Source: Thermoanaerobaculia bacterium
GTDB lineage: Bacteria > Acidobacteriota > Thermoanaerobaculia > Multivoradales > JAGPDF01
DNA: 64,000 bases
Direction: 5' to 3'
Assembly (NCBI GenBank): GCA_963712855.1
Contig: CAVQJN010000002.1
Coordinates: forward strand, 1,881,282 to 1,945,281
Below, piece by piece: positions 52,056 to 63,100 of this stretch. A model generated the notes under the pieces. That model worked only from the letters and a program-made list of their open reading frames with translations, was not told where the DNA came from and made no database searches. A program made the translations under genes and the position numbers. Within the stretch, counting starts at the first letter, position 1; each line of letters starts with the position of its first letter.

Positions 52056-52742
52056 CTACCAGCCGCCGCGCTCGCGCAGCGACACCCACCGCCCGATGGC
52101 GCCGAGGACGAGATGATCGACGAGCCGGATACCCACCACCTCGCCCGCCTCGGCCAGACGCCGCGTGAAGGCCAGGTCCTCCGCGCTAGGCGACGGATCT
52201 CCGCTCGGATGGGTGTGGAAGACGACCACCCCAGCGGCGCCGAGCAGCAGCCCCTCCTGCAGCACTCGCCGCGGCTCCACGGCGGCACGCGAGAGCGTGC
52301 CGCGATAGAGCTCGCGCTCGGCCAGAAGCCGGTTCCGGGTGTCGAGATAGAGCGCTCCGAGCACTTCCTGGTCGCGGCGCGCGAAACGGAGGGCCAGATA
52401 GCTCGCCACGGCCGCCGGGCGCGAGAGAGGCTCACGCTCGGCGATCTCGGACCGCGCGAGCCGCCGTCCCAGCTCCACCGCCGCCAGGAGGGACGCCACC
52501 TTTGCCGGCCCGAGTCCCTTGCGGCTCAGACTCGGCGCATCGGCCAGAGCGAGGCCGCTCAGCCCTCCCACGCCGGCCAAGAGCGCCCGCGCCATGTCCA
52601 GCGCCGATTCGCCCCGTCGTCCGGTGCGCACCAGCACCGCCACCAGCTCAGCGTCGCCGAGCGCGCGGGTGCCCTGCTCCAGGAGGCGCTCGCGCGGCCT
52701 TTCGTCGGGAGGCAACTCGCGAATCAGGCCAGCGACCGCCAT
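52056..52742 (-). CDS. radC: RadC-family JAB/MPN-domain protein
   Basis: HhH region (LSDAELVAVLVRTG) and JAMM-like HTHPSGDPSPSAEDLAFTRRL. The start is taken at the internal MAVAGLIRELPPDERPRERL. The track ORF begins 102 nt upstream. Confidence 0.7.
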   Translation of the reverse strand: MAVAGLIRELPPDERPRERLLEQGTRALGDAELVAVLVRTGRRGESALDMARALLAGVGGLSGLALADAPSLSRKGLGPAKVASLLAAVELGRRLARSEIAEREPLSRPAAVASYLALRFARRDQEVLGALYLDTRNRLLAERELYRGTLSRAAVEPRRVLQEGLLLGAAGVVVFHTHPSGDPSPSAEDLAFTRRLAEAGEVVGIRLVDHLVLGAIGRWVSLRERGGW

Positions 52743-52887
52743 GGCTTCATCTCTCCTCCGGGCCTCGTCATGCCTACAGAGGACGAGAACCGACCCCGCC
52801 ATCTCGCGCGCGGCCAGCCAACCAGGACCACGCGGGCCATCCACCCTGGGCGTTGACGGTCCCCGCCCGCGCTGCTAGAAAGCGGGC

Positions 52888-53772
52888 ATGCCTTCGCTTC
52901 CCTCCAATTTCGGGCTGCTTTCCGCCGACCAATCGGACTATTCGACCAGCCGCGTGGCGGTCTTGCCCGTGCCGCTCGAGCGCACGGTCTCTTACGGCCA
53001 CGGAACCTCGGCGGGTCCGGCCGCCATCCTGCGCGCCTCCCAGGCCATGGAGCTCTACGACGAGGAGCTCGGCGGTGAAACGTCCGAGGTCGGCATCGCG
53101 ACGCTGCCCACCTTCCTGCCGGATGCCTTCGACATGGCCACCGCCATGGCGGAGCTCGAGGTGGAATGTCAACGTCACCTGGAGGCCGGCAAGTTCCTGC
53201 TCACCCTGGGCGGAGAGCACAGCTTGACCATCGCGCCGGTGCGGGCCGCGCGGCGCGTGTTCGGAGAGATCGGCGTCGTGCAGTTCGACGCCCATGCCGA
53301 TCTGCGGGACGAATTCGAGGGAACGCCCTATTCCCACGCCAGCGTCATGCGGCGAGTGGCCGACGAAGGCATTCCGAGCCTGCCCATCGGCATCCGTTCC
53401 CTGTCCAAGCCGGAAGCGGAATTCGCGCTCGAGGCCGGCATCCCGATCGTCTGGGCCAACGAGCTGGACCCGGTGGGTGATCGCTTCGACGAGCTCCTGG
53501 CGACCCTCCCGGAACAGGTCTACCTCACCTTCGATATCGACTACTTCGATCCGGCTCTCGTGCCCGCCACGGGCACTCCCGAGCCGGGGGGTGGCCAGTG
53601 GTATCCCACCCTGGGCCTGCTCGCGCGGCTGTTCGAAGCCAAGCGGGTGGTGGCGATGGACCTCGTCGAGCTGGCCCCGATCGGAGGCCAGACGGCGTCC
53701 GACTTCCTGGCCGCGAAGCTCGTCTACAAGTGCCTCGGATACTGGGCACGCCGCGCCACTCCGAAAGCCTGA
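52888..53772 (+). CDS. Arginase/agmatinase-family ureohydrolase (likely agmatinase)
   Basis: Mn-binding motifs GGEHSLT, DAHADL and LTFDIDYFDP. Confidence 0.8.
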   Translation: MPSLPSNFGLLSADQSDYSTSRVAVLPVPLERTVSYGHGTSAGPAAILRASQAMELYDEELGGETSEVGIATLPTFLPDAFDMATAMAELEVECQRHLEAGKFLLTLGGEHSLTIAPVRAARRVFGEIGVVQFDAHADLRDEFEGTPYSHASVMRRVADEGIPSLPIGIRSLSKPEAEFALEAGIPIVWANELDPVGDRFDELLATLPEQVYLTFDIDYFDPALVPATGTPEPGGGQWYPTLGLLARLFEAKRVVAMDLVELAPIGGQTASDFLAAKLVYKCLGYWARRATPKA

Positions 53773-53886
53773 AGACCTCCCCGTTCGACGTTGGGCCGGC
53801 CAGCGGCGCCACGATAAGCTCGACCGGCAGTCAGGACGTGCTGGTCTCTGACCTTCACCCTCGATTACACGGAGCGATATCTCGCC

Positions 53887-55074
53887 ATGGAACCTACTGA
53901 TCTCGTACTCATAGACGGCATTCGCACGCCGATGGCCGAGTTCCTCGGCCCCTTCTCGGAAGTCTCCGCCATCGATCTCGGAGCCCACGCGGCTCGCGCT
54001 CTGTTCGAGCGCACCGGCATCGATCCCGCGATCATCGACCACACCGTGGTCGGCAATGCGCTCCAGACCTCGGGCGACGCCATCTACGGCGCCCGCCATG
54101 TCGCTCTCAAGTCCGGCGTACCGCAGGAAGTCCCCGCGTTGACGGTGAACCGGCTCTGCGGCTCGGGAATCCAAGCCATCCTCTCCGGAGCCCATCTGAT
54201 CTTCGCCGGCGAGGCCACGACCTGCCTGGTCGGCGGCATGGAAAACATGACCCAGGCCCCGTACGTCGTCCGGGGAGCCCGCAAGGGCCTGCGGCTGGGC
54301 CACGCCAAGTTCGAGGACCTGATGATGGAGTCGCTGATGGACGGCGTCTGCGGGTTCTACATGGCCCAGACATCGAATAACCTGGCGCGCGACTACGACA
54401 TTTCTCGCGAGGAGCAGGATGCCTTCGCGGTCCGCAGCCAGAACCGGGCAATGGCGGCGATCGAGGCGGGACGGCTGGCCGAGGAGATCGTTCCCGTCAC
54501 CGTCGGCAGCGGCAAGCGGCAAGTCACCGTCGACCACGACGAGCATCCGCGCCCGGGAACCACCCTCGAGGCGCTCGCCAAGCTTCCGACCGTGTTCGGC
54601 CCCGACAGCTTCGTCACCGGCGGGAACGCCTCGGGAATCGTCGACGGCGCCGCGATGCTGATCCTGACCACGGCGGCCAAGGCCGCCGAGCTCGGCAAGC
54701 AGCCGCTCGGCCGGCTGGTCGCCTGGTCGGTGGTCGGTGTCGACCCGGCTCGGATGGGAATCGGACCCGCGCCGGCGATTCGCAAGGCGCTCGACAAGGC
54801 CGGGATGAAGCTCGAGGACCTCGACCTCCTCGAAATCAACGAAGCGTTCGCGGGACAGATCCTCGCCGTCATCCGCGAGATGAAGCTGGATGAAGAGAAG
54901 CTCAACGTCAACGGCGGCGCGATCGCCCTGGGGCATCCTCTCGGCGCGACCGGCGCGCGCATCACCCTCACTCTCCTCAAAGAGCTGCAGCGGCGCGGCG
55001 GCGGGCGGGGCGTCGCTTCGGCCTGTATCGGCGGCGGGCAGGGCATCGCGCTCATCGTGGAGGCCACCGGATGA
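53887..55074 (+). CDS. Acetyl-CoA C-acetyltransferase (thiolase II; PhaA-like)
   Basis: VNRLCGSGIQAI active-site Cys region and C-terminal ...GHPLGATGARI...ACIGGGQGIAL. Confidence 0.9.
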   Translation: MEPTDLVLIDGIRTPMAEFLGPFSEVSAIDLGAHAARALFERTGIDPAIIDHTVVGNALQTSGDAIYGARHVALKSGVPQEVPALTVNRLCGSGIQAILSGAHLIFAGEATTCLVGGMENMTQAPYVVRGARKGLRLGHAKFEDLMMESLMDGVCGFYMAQTSNNLARDYDISREEQDAFAVRSQNRAMAAIEAGRLAEEIVPVTVGSGKRQVTVDHDEHPRPGTTLEALAKLPTVFGPDSFVTGGNASGIVDGAAMLILTTAAKAAELGKQPLGRLVAWSVVGVDPARMGIGPAPAIRKALDKAGMKLEDLDLLEINEAFAGQILAVIREMKLDEEKLNVNGGAIALGHPLGATGARITLTLLKELQRRGGGRGVASACIGGGQGIALIVEATG

Positions 55075-55832
55075 TCGATCTCACCGGGTACCACGTCCTG
55101 ATCACGGGCGGCGACCGGGGTATCGGCGCCGCGACGGCGAAGCTCTTCGCCCGGGCCGGCGCCACCGTGATGATCCATTACCGGGAGCGGGAGGAGGAGG
55201 CCCAGCATCTCCTCGACGAGCTCTTCGCGATCGCGGCGCGCGACCACCTCCGCTTTCCCTGCGACTTCATGGAACCCGCCGAGATCCAGGAGCTCTTCCA
55301 GTTCGTCGGTTCCAAGTGGGGAAAGCTCGACTGCCTGATCAACAACGCGGGCGTCTGGCTCCACAATCCAATGACCCAGTTCGACGAGGAGAAGTTCATC
55401 GCGTCGCTGCGCATCAACGTCAGGGGCCCGTTCCTCTGCCTCCGTCACGCGCTCCCCTACCTGCGCCTCTCCAAGACCGCCAGCGTGATCAACATCGCAT
55501 CGACGGCGGGGCAGCGCGGCGAGGCCTTCTACAGCCCGTATGCCGCCTCGAAGGGAGCCATGATCTCGACCACGAAGTCCTGGGCGGTGGAGCTCGCCCC
55601 CGACATCCGGGTCAACTGCGTCGCTCCAGGCTGGGTCGACACCGACATGTCGGCTTCCGCGCTGCGCGGCGATCGCGATCTCCGGGGCGAGATCGAAGCG
55701 CAGATTCCTCTCCGCCGCGTGGCGACCGCCGACGACATCGCGGGCTCCATCCTGTTCCTCGCCTCGCCCCTGGCCTCCCACGTCACCGGAGAGGTCGTGA
55801 ACGTCAACGGAGGAAGCGTCCTCTGCGGCTGA
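55071..55832 (+). CDS. Short-chain dehydrogenase/reductase (acetoacetyl-CoA reductase PhaB / FabG-like)
   Basis: TGGDRGIGAATA Rossmann motif and YSPYAASKGA catalytic YxxxK. It has a 4-nt overlap with the upstream thiolase. Confidence 0.8.
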   Translation: MIDLTGYHVLITGGDRGIGAATAKLFARAGATVMIHYREREEEAQHLLDELFAIAARDHLRFPCDFMEPAEIQELFQFVGSKWGKLDCLINNAGVWLHNPMTQFDEEKFIASLRINVRGPFLCLRHALPYLRLSKTASVINIASTAGQRGEAFYSPYAASKGAMISTTKSWAVELAPDIRVNCVAPGWVDTDMSASALRGDRDLRGEIEAQIPLRRVATADDIAGSILFLASPLASHVTGEVVNVNGGSVLCG

Positions 55833-55850
55833 GCCGCGGGTCCGGCGGCG

Positions 55851-56954
55851 CTAACGCCGCGCTCCCACCTCGAGCTCCGAGGCGAGGCGGTGGAATTCAC
55901 GGCGGAAGGGATTGAAGTCCACCCTGGACGAGAGGCGGTGGGCGAGGAGCAGGTAGATCCGGCCGCGCGGCGGGTCGATCCACAAGCTGCCTCCCGTGAA
56001 TCCGGTGTGCCCGAACGCCGCTGGCGTCAATGCCGGCCCGGAGGAACCGTCCTCGCTCCGGCGCGCCCAGCCGAGAGCGTACGGGTCCGTTCCCGAAAGT
56101 GCGCTCTCCACCTGCGACACGGTCAGCAGGCGGTGCGGGTTCAGCCATTCGCGTCCCAGCTCCAGCATCTCGTCGGCGGTCGGAAAGAGCCCCGCGTGGC
56201 CTGACGGGACGCCGAGGTGCCGCAGAGCCCGGGCATTGCCGTCCTGGGGAACCCCCAGGTGGAACGAACCGGATCGAGTCAGGCGGATCCCCTGCGCCGC
56301 CGCGAGCTCGACCTCCTTGCCGTTGTCGAGCCGGCACTCCACGGCGCGCGGCGGATGGCGCGACAGCTCGCCCAGCCGGGGCAGACCGAGAGGCACGCAA
56401 ACGAGCTCGTCGAGCAACTCGTCGAGACCCCGCTCCAGACGACGCTCCGCGAGACCAGCCCAGAGGATGTAGCCGAGATCGCTGTAGAGGGTCGCCGGCG
56501 GGTCTTCGCGGCGCCGCGGAACGAGGGCCAGCAGGAACTCCGTCAGCTCGTCGGGCTCGCTGAGACGCTTGCCGAGCGTCACTCCGAGAGGCATCCAAGC
56601 CGGCAATCCGGCGCGATGGCGCAGCAGGTCCTCGAGCCGCGGTCCGGTCGTGCCCTCCCCCGCCTCGGACCCGGGGAGGAGCGTCGAGTCGAGACCCAGA
56701 CGGGGCCCCTCGTCGCCCGCGCGATCCAACACCAGCGCCAGGGTGGCCATCCAGGGCTTGGTCAGGGAAGCCCCGTCGAAACGCGCCTCGGAGCCCGGGA
56801 CCAACGGCTCGCCGCCGATCCGGAACCCGGCGGCGTGGCGGAAGAGGATCCCCTCCCGGCTCGCCACGATCGCCTCCAGAGCGCTGACCGGCCCTCCCGA
56901 CGAAGCGCTCGCCAGACGATCCAGCCACTCCCGGAGTTGACCATCACCCATCAT
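55851..56954 (-). CDS. Serine hydrolase of the beta-lactamase/transpeptidase superfamily (class-C-like esterase)
   Basis: Start taken at the MMGDGQLREW ATG (56954). SLTKP (SxxK), YSDLGY (YxN-like) and HTGFTGG motifs. Confidence 0.7.
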   Translation of the reverse strand: MMGDGQLREWLDRLASASSGGPVSALEAIVASREGILFRHAAGFRIGGEPLVPGSEARFDGASLTKPWMATLALVLDRAGDEGPRLGLDSTLLPGSEAGEGTTGPRLEDLLRHRAGLPAWMPLGVTLGKRLSEPDELTEFLLALVPRRREDPPATLYSDLGYILWAGLAERRLERGLDELLDELVCVPLGLPRLGELSRHPPRAVECRLDNGKEVELAAAQGIRLTRSGSFHLGVPQDGNARALRHLGVPSGHAGLFPTADEMLELGREWLNPHRLLTVSQVESALSGTDPYALGWARRSEDGSSGPALTPAAFGHTGFTGGSLWIDPPRGRIYLLLAHRLSSRVDFNPFRREFHRLASELEVGARR

Positions 56955-59900
56955 GCTCCGTATCTTGCCTCGAACCGTGGCACCAGAGAACCGCATCTTG
57001 ATCGCGCCGGGATCCCGCGCCGCTGAAGCCGTCCTTCTCGAGGAGATGGAGCGGGCCCTCCCCGCCGCGTCGATTCCGCCGGCTCCTGTGCTCGTCGTGG
57101 TGCCTTCCCACATACTGCGCGAGCACCTCCTCGGCCGACTCCTGGCGCGACGGCCCGCCTGGCTCGGCCTCGAAGTCACGACCCTGAACGGCATCGTCGC
57201 GTCCGTTCTCGGGGAAGAGGAGGAGCCGCTGCGTTCCGGCGAGCTCGTCGAACCGCTGTTGATCGCCCGGCTCGCCGCGACCGAACGGGCGCTCTCGCGC
57301 TCTCTCGGCGGACTGGTACGCGGCTACGACGAGGTCGTGGGAGCCGTTCGCGACCTCGTCGATGCCGGGTTCCTGCCCGAGCACCTCGACGCCTGCGTGG
57401 AACGACTCGAGGCGGAGCGTTCGACGGTGGGCGTCGCGGCCGCCGAGCGCGCCATCGCCATCGTTCGCGTCGCCGCCCGTCTGGTGGAAGCTCTCGCCGT
57501 GCGTGGACGGGTCCCGGCGGCGGCGTGCACCGCCCGGGCGGCGCGCCGGATCTCCGAGGATCCCGAACGCGCGCTCCCCGCCTCCGCGATCTTCCTGCAC
57601 GGTTTCGTGGATGCCACGGGCGTCGCCTCCGATCTTCTCGAGGCCATGGTGCGCTACCGGAACACCACCGTGGTGCTCGACCGCCCGCCGGCGCCCGGCG
57701 GCGATCCCGGGAGCTGGGAATTCGGCTCTCGACTGCTCGAACGACTCTCCGGAGGCGCCTCCACCGAGTTCGTCGAGACGCCCCCTCTCGAGCCGCCACG
57801 CATCCTGCTCTTCCGCGCCGCGGATTCCGCGCGTCAGGCGCGCTCCGCCGTCGGCTGGCTGCGAGAGTCCGAGGAGAGCGAGCGGGATCCCGGACGCGAC
57901 GCCCTGGTGGCGCGCAACCTCGCCACAGAGGGAGGGCGCCTGAGCGTCGAGCTCGACCGGCAGGGAGTCGCCGGCTCGTTGCCGAGCGGTTTGCCGTCGC
58001 GTCTCGGTCGGCACATCTCGGCTCTTCTCGCTCTCCTCGCGCGCCGGGCCGATGCACCGCTCGGGTTGGCGCTCGAGCTGGCCGGCGAGCGGCTCGAGGC
58101 GCGCTGCGGTCTCCTGGTCTCCGACTTGCGGATCGCCTGCGCGCTGCGCGGCGCCCGCACCCTCGCAGCCGCCGCCGATCTCGAGGTGCCGGAGCGCTCC
58201 GTCCGGCTCCTGGTCTCCGACCGGCTCGAGCGCGACGACGATGGAGGTGCCACTCGCGCCCGCTCGCGCGAGATCACCGCGCCCGCCCTGGCGAACGCGA
58301 GGACGGAGCTCCGTCGGTTGCGCGACCAGTTGCGGGCGCTCGATGCACCGCTGCCGCTCGCCCGGCTCGCCGGGGCACTGGAGGAGATCCTCTCGAGCAC
58401 GCTTCCCGACGAGCCGGCAAGGCGGCTCCTCGATGCGCTCGAGCCGCTGCTCGAGCCGGGCCTCGCCGATCTGGAGGCCGATCCCGAGGAGTGGCGCGGC
58501 GTCCTCCAGCGGCTCTGGAACCCTCTCGCCATCGAGCCCGTGGGCCAGGGAAGCGGCGTCGCGCTTCTCTCGGTGACCGAAGCGCGTGGCCTCACCTTCC
58601 GCCGGTTGGCGTTGGTCGACCTGGCGCGCGATCGCTTTCCGCGCAGCATTCGGCCCGATCCCATGCTCCCCGACCCGCTCCGGTTGCGTCTGCGCGAGCT
58701 CCTGCCCGACCTGCCGGTCAAGCTCGAGGGACATGGGGAGGAACGCTTCCTGTTCGCCCAGTTGCTCGCCGCGGCCGACGAGATAGCCCTTTTCCGCCCC
58801 GCGGCCGACCTGGAAGGGCGCGAGCTCCCGCCCTCGCCCTTCCTCGACGAGCGGGTCCGCGCCGGAGAGAGCGAGGAGCGCGACGCGCCCGAGCCCGAGT
58901 GCCCCTCCAGCTTCGTCGCGGCCGTCTCCGCGGCGCTCGCGGCCGGCGAAGAGGGGTTGGCGCACACCCTGCCCGGCGCGCTCTTCGAGGCCGGCGCGCG
59001 CTGGATGGGCGGAGGCGCCGCGGCTCCAGCCGCCCTCGCGGCCACCCGGCTCGCCGTGCTCCGCGAGCTGGGTGCCGACCCGAGCCGACCGAGCACGCAT
59101 GCCATCGGTCCCTTCCTCGGGGCGGTCGGAGCCCTCTCGGCTCTCGACCCGCGGCAGGCCGGTCCTTCGGTCACCGCGCTCGAGCGCTTCGCGCAGTGCG
59201 GTTGGCAGACTTTTCTCGAGCGGCTGCTCCGACTGCGGCCCCTGCCCGATCTCTCGGAGGGACTCCCTTCCCTGCCCCGCCGGCTGGTCGGCAGCATCGT
59301 TCACCGGATCCTCGAAAGTCTTCTTCCCGGTTCCAGGAGCTCGCCGAACGATCTCGCCGCCGTGCTCGCACTCGGCGTGACCGAGGTGGCCTGGCCCGGC
59401 GAACGGGAGCTCGAGCGCCGGGTGCGGCACGCCGCGGCGTCGGAGCTCGCCGCCGAGGCGCTCGATCCCCAGATCTTCGCGACGACCCTCACCCGCGAAG
59501 CGCTCGCACTGCTGCAGACGGTACGCGAGTCCGATTGGAGCGCCGGCCAGCGACCCCTCCTCGCCACCGAGGTCACCGGGGAAGCGCATTTCGTCGCCTC
59601 CGGGAAGGAACGCCGGCTCCCCTTCCGCGTCGACCGCGTCGACCGCGTCGACGGCGAGATCCTGTTGACCGACTACAAGACGGGACGACCGATCAGCACC
59701 GCCAAGACGGAGAAGACTCGAAACGGGCATCTGCGGACGGCGATCGAGCATGGCGAAGCTCTGCAGCTGCCCGTCTATCTCCTCGGGTTGCCGGACGAGA
59801 ACGCCAGGGCCCGGTATCTCTACCTCGATCCGAACCTCGACGAGCGCGCCCGGGAGCTCTCGTTGACGACCGAGGAGCTCGATGACGATCGAGTGCAAGC

Positions 59901-60156
59901 TCTCTTCGACGTCATCTACGGGGCTTGGGATCTCGGCGTCTTCCTGCCCCGGATGCTCGAACCGGACCTGCAGAAGAGCTATGCCGGATGCGAATGGTGC
60001 GAAGTCCGGGAAGCATGCCTCCAGGGGGACAGCGGCGCCCGTCTGCGGCTCGAGCATTGGCTGGCTCGCGAGGAGACCGGCGGCGCGTTCGACCGGGCGG
60101 CGCGGGCCTGGTGGCGCGTGCACGGCGAACCGCGGAATCGGAGGTCTCCGGCGTGA
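56953..60156 (+). CDS. addB: AddB-type helicase-nuclease subunit (degenerate N-terminal ATPase, C-terminal RecB-family nuclease with Fe-S Cys cluster)
   Basis: C-terminal nuclease motif ILLTDYKTG and CEWCEVREAC (the CxxCx5C arrangement of the AddB iron-sulfur cluster). 1067 aa. The stop overlaps the addA start (GTGA). Confidence 0.75.
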   Translation: MLRILPRTVAPENRILIAPGSRAAEAVLLEEMERALPAASIPPAPVLVVVPSHILREHLLGRLLARRPAWLGLEVTTLNGIVASVLGEEEEPLRSGELVEPLLIARLAATERALSRSLGGLVRGYDEVVGAVRDLVDAGFLPEHLDACVERLEAERSTVGVAAAERAIAIVRVAARLVEALAVRGRVPAAACTARAARRISEDPERALPASAIFLHGFVDATGVASDLLEAMVRYRNTTVVLDRPPAPGGDPGSWEFGSRLLERLSGGASTEFVETPPLEPPRILLFRAADSARQARSAVGWLRESEESERDPGRDALVARNLATEGGRLSVELDRQGVAGSLPSGLPSRLGRHISALLALLARRADAPLGLALELAGERLEARCGLLVSDLRIACALRGARTLAAAADLEVPERSVRLLVSDRLERDDDGGATRARSREITAPALANARTELRRLRDQLRALDAPLPLARLAGALEEILSSTLPDEPARRLLDALEPLLEPGLADLEADPEEWRGVLQRLWNPLAIEPVGQGSGVALLSVTEARGLTFRRLALVDLARDRFPRSIRPDPMLPDPLRLRLRELLPDLPVKLEGHGEERFLFAQLLAAADEIALFRPAADLEGRELPPSPFLDERVRAGESEERDAPEPECPSSFVAAVSAALAAGEEGLAHTLPGALFEAGARWMGGGAAAPAALAATRLAVLRELGADPSRPSTHAIGPFLGAVGALSALDPRQAGPSVTALERFAQCGWQTFLERLLRLRPLPDLSEGLPSLPRRLVGSIVHRILESLLPGSRSSPNDLAAVLALGVTEVAWPGERELERRVRHAAASELAAEALDPQIFATTLTREALALLQTVRESDWSAGQRPLLATEVTGEAHFVASGKERRLPFRVDRVDRVDGEILLTDYKTGRPISTAKTEKTRNGHLRTAIEHGEALQLPVYLLGLPDENARARYLYLDPNLDERARELSLTTEELDDDRVQALFDVIYGAWDLGVFLPRMLEPDLQKSYAGCEWCEVREACLQGDSGARLRLEHWLAREETGGAFDRAARAWWRVHGEPRNRRSPA

Positions 60157-63100
60157 GCCCGCTCGCCGACGCCGCGGCACGGCTCACCGCCTGCAGCGAG
60201 TTCGACCGACCCCTCCTGCTCGAGGCCGGTGCCGGAACCGGCAAGACCCGCACCCTGGTCTCGCGGATCGGGAGCTGGCTCCTGGGAACCGGGTGGACGG
60301 ACGCCCTCGCCGAGCTGCGCGACGAGCGGGCGGCACGGGGTGCCGCGGCTCCCCTCGCCAGCGAAGTCGCCGGCCGCGTCACCGACGGCGTCGTCGCCAT
60401 CACCTTCACCGAAGCCGCCGCCGCCGAGATGGCCGGTCGCGTCGGCCGGCTGCTCGCCCAGGCCACCGCGGGCGGGCCGATCGCCGACCTCGAGCATCCG
60501 CCGGCAGGGACGTCCCCGAACGAGCTGGCGGAGCGCGCCAGCGCCCTGCTTGCCTGCGCCGGCCGCCTGCGCCTCTCGACGATTCACGGCTTCTGCCACC
60601 GCCTGCTCTCCGAGTACCCCCTCGAGGCCGGGCTCCATCCCGCGTTTCGGGTCGACGCGGACGGTGAGCTCCTCGACCGAGCCGCGACGGACGTGATCCT
60701 CGCCCGGCTTCGCGGAGGAGATGCCGGGCTCGTCGAGCTCCTCGCCGGCGGCGTCGATCCGCCCGAGCTTCTCGAGGTCCTCACGGAACTGGCCAGCCGG
60801 GCCGTCCCGGCGAGCGATCTCGAGAGGCGGGACGACACGAAAGAGATCGAGGCCGCCCTCTCGGAGATGCGGACCGCGATCGATGGGTTGCTCGAGATCG
60901 CGGCGCCGCTCGACGGCGCGACGAGGGCCGCGACCATCGGCGAAGGGCTCGCAGCGCTGCGCTCGTTGCGGTCGATTCTGGCCACGCTCCCCCCCACGCC
61001 GGAAGGCCTGGAGACGCTGGCCGCGCCGCTCGACGAGTTCACCGAGAGCGGCCGGAAGATCCTCGGGCAATGGGCCAAGGGCCAGGTCGGCGCCACCGAG
61101 CAGAAGCAGCTCGGCGCGACGGCCGACGAGCTGCCGCGACGAGCCGCCGCGCTGGCGCGGATCCATCGCGACCTCTCCGAGCTCGACCCGGTCGGCTTCG
61201 AGCTCGCCCGCGCGACGGTGCGACCGATCCTCGCCGAGCTGCATGGCAGGTTGCGCTCCGAGGGCGTCCTGACTTTCGAGGATCTCCTCGAACGCGCGGT
61301 CGCTCTCCTCGTCGATCACGCCGGGGTGCGTCGCCGCGTGCGGCGAGGGATGCGGCAGCTCCTCGTCGACGAGTTCCAGGACACCGACCGACGCCAGTGC
61401 GAGCTCTTGCGGCAGCTCGCGCTGCGCGACCCGGACGAGCCCCATCCCTGTCTCTTCGTGGTCGGCGATCCGAAGCAATCGATCTACGGCTGGCGGAGCG
61501 CCGAGCTGGCGGCCTACTTCGAGTTCCGCGACGAGCTGCTCGCGGCGGGCGCGCGACTCGGCCGGCTGGAGACCAACTTCCGGTCGGTGCCGCCGATCTT
61601 GGAGGAAGTCGAGCGCGCACTCGCGCCCGTCCTCACGGAGGAGCCCGGCCTGCAAGCGCCGTTCGAGCGGCTCCTGCCCTCTCCCGGGCACCTTCGCCAG
61701 CCCGGCTTCAACGCCTCCGGCCGCAGTCCGATCGAGTACTGGCTCTCCGAGGATCGCGAGCGGCTGGCGATCGGCAAGCGCACCACGGCGCCCAGGGCGG
61801 CCGAGCTTCGAAGCACGCGCCATCGCCGCCGAGATCCGAGAGCTCGTGGACGCGGGCGAGGCCTCGTTCGCCGATTTCGCGCTCATCATGCGAGCGCGCG
61901 GCGACCTGGAGATCTACCTCGACGCACTGCGACGAGCGGGCGTCCGCTACGCGGTCGAGAAAGACCGCTCCTTCTACCGTCGCCGCGAGGTGGTCGACGC
62001 CGCGGCGGCCGTTCGCGCGATCCTCGATCCGGGCGACCTCCTGGCGCTGGTCGCCTTCCTCCGCTCCCCCTTCGTGGGGGTCCCGGATGCCGCCTGGATC
62101 CCTCTATGGGGCACCGGCTTCGCCGCGGCGATGATCGACCTCGAAGGAGAGCGGGGCCTGCCCGAGGTGCTCGAGTGCATCCAGCGGGCCGTCGCGGCGA
62201 TTCCCTTCCACGTCCAGGGACTGGATCGGATTCCCGGCTGGGAGGAATCGCTCGCCACGACCGTCGCCGCGATCGGAGCCCTGCGGGCGTCGGCGAGACG
62301 CGCGCCGCTCGCGCTCTGGATCGAGGAGCTGCGGACCCGCCTCCTGTTCGAGCCGATCGCCGCCGCCCGTTTCCTCGGCCGCTTCGGCCTCGCCAACCTC
62401 GAGCGTTTCTTCGCCGATCTCGAGCGGCGGCTCGGCGAAGCTCTCGACCCGGCCCATGCCCTGGCGGCGCTTCGCCAGGCGGTCGCCGAGGAGGCGGCGG
62501 CCGAGGAGGCGCACCCGCCCGACGCCCGCGACGACGCCGTCGCCGTCCTCACCGTGCACACGGCGAAGGGGCTGCAATTTCGCCAGGTCTACTTGGTACA
62601 GTGCCAGCGCCGCGGGCGCGGGCGCGGGTCGAGATCGTCGCCACTCGTCGACTTCGGGCGTCGCAACGGCCGCTCCGAGCTCGTCCTCTTTCGTCTTCCG
62701 ACCCCGGGATGGCGCCACGTTCGTCGGCGCCGTGAACAGGTCGCCACCGCCGAGGCGGCGCGATTGCTCTACGTCGCGATGACCCGAGCCGCCGAGCGGC
62801 TCGTCGTCTGCGGCACCTGGTCGCCCGACGGCGACGCGACCGATCCGGAGGCCCCCGACGCACCCAGTTTCGCCCAGCTCCTGGCGCGACGGATTGCCGC
62901 CTCGCCATCGCCAGATATCGAGACACCCCAACAACTGGACTCCCATGCCGGACTCTGGAAGCTGGTCGACGTGGTCGATGACGAGCGCTTCGCGCGCCGC
63001 ACCGTCGAGCCGACGGTCGCGGCGGAGCCCGATCCACTCCGCGCGGCAAGAGCCCTGGCGGGGCGGCGTCAACAGGCGCGCCGGCGCTCCGCGCGTCCGC

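Noticed and set aside
50072-54936. Long plus- and minus-strand ORFs (698 aa and 720 aa) spanning metG/hslO/radC and agmatinase/thiolase on the opposite strands
   Set aside because: They span multiple well-supported genes in antisense and have Arg-rich composition typical of high-GC stop-codon-poor frames.
56944-60180. 1078-aa minus-strand ORF antisense to addB (and the 636-aa ORF 59979-61889 antisense to addA)
   Set aside because: Low-complexity Arg/Gly/Glu translations. The sense strands carry clear AddB/AddA motifs.
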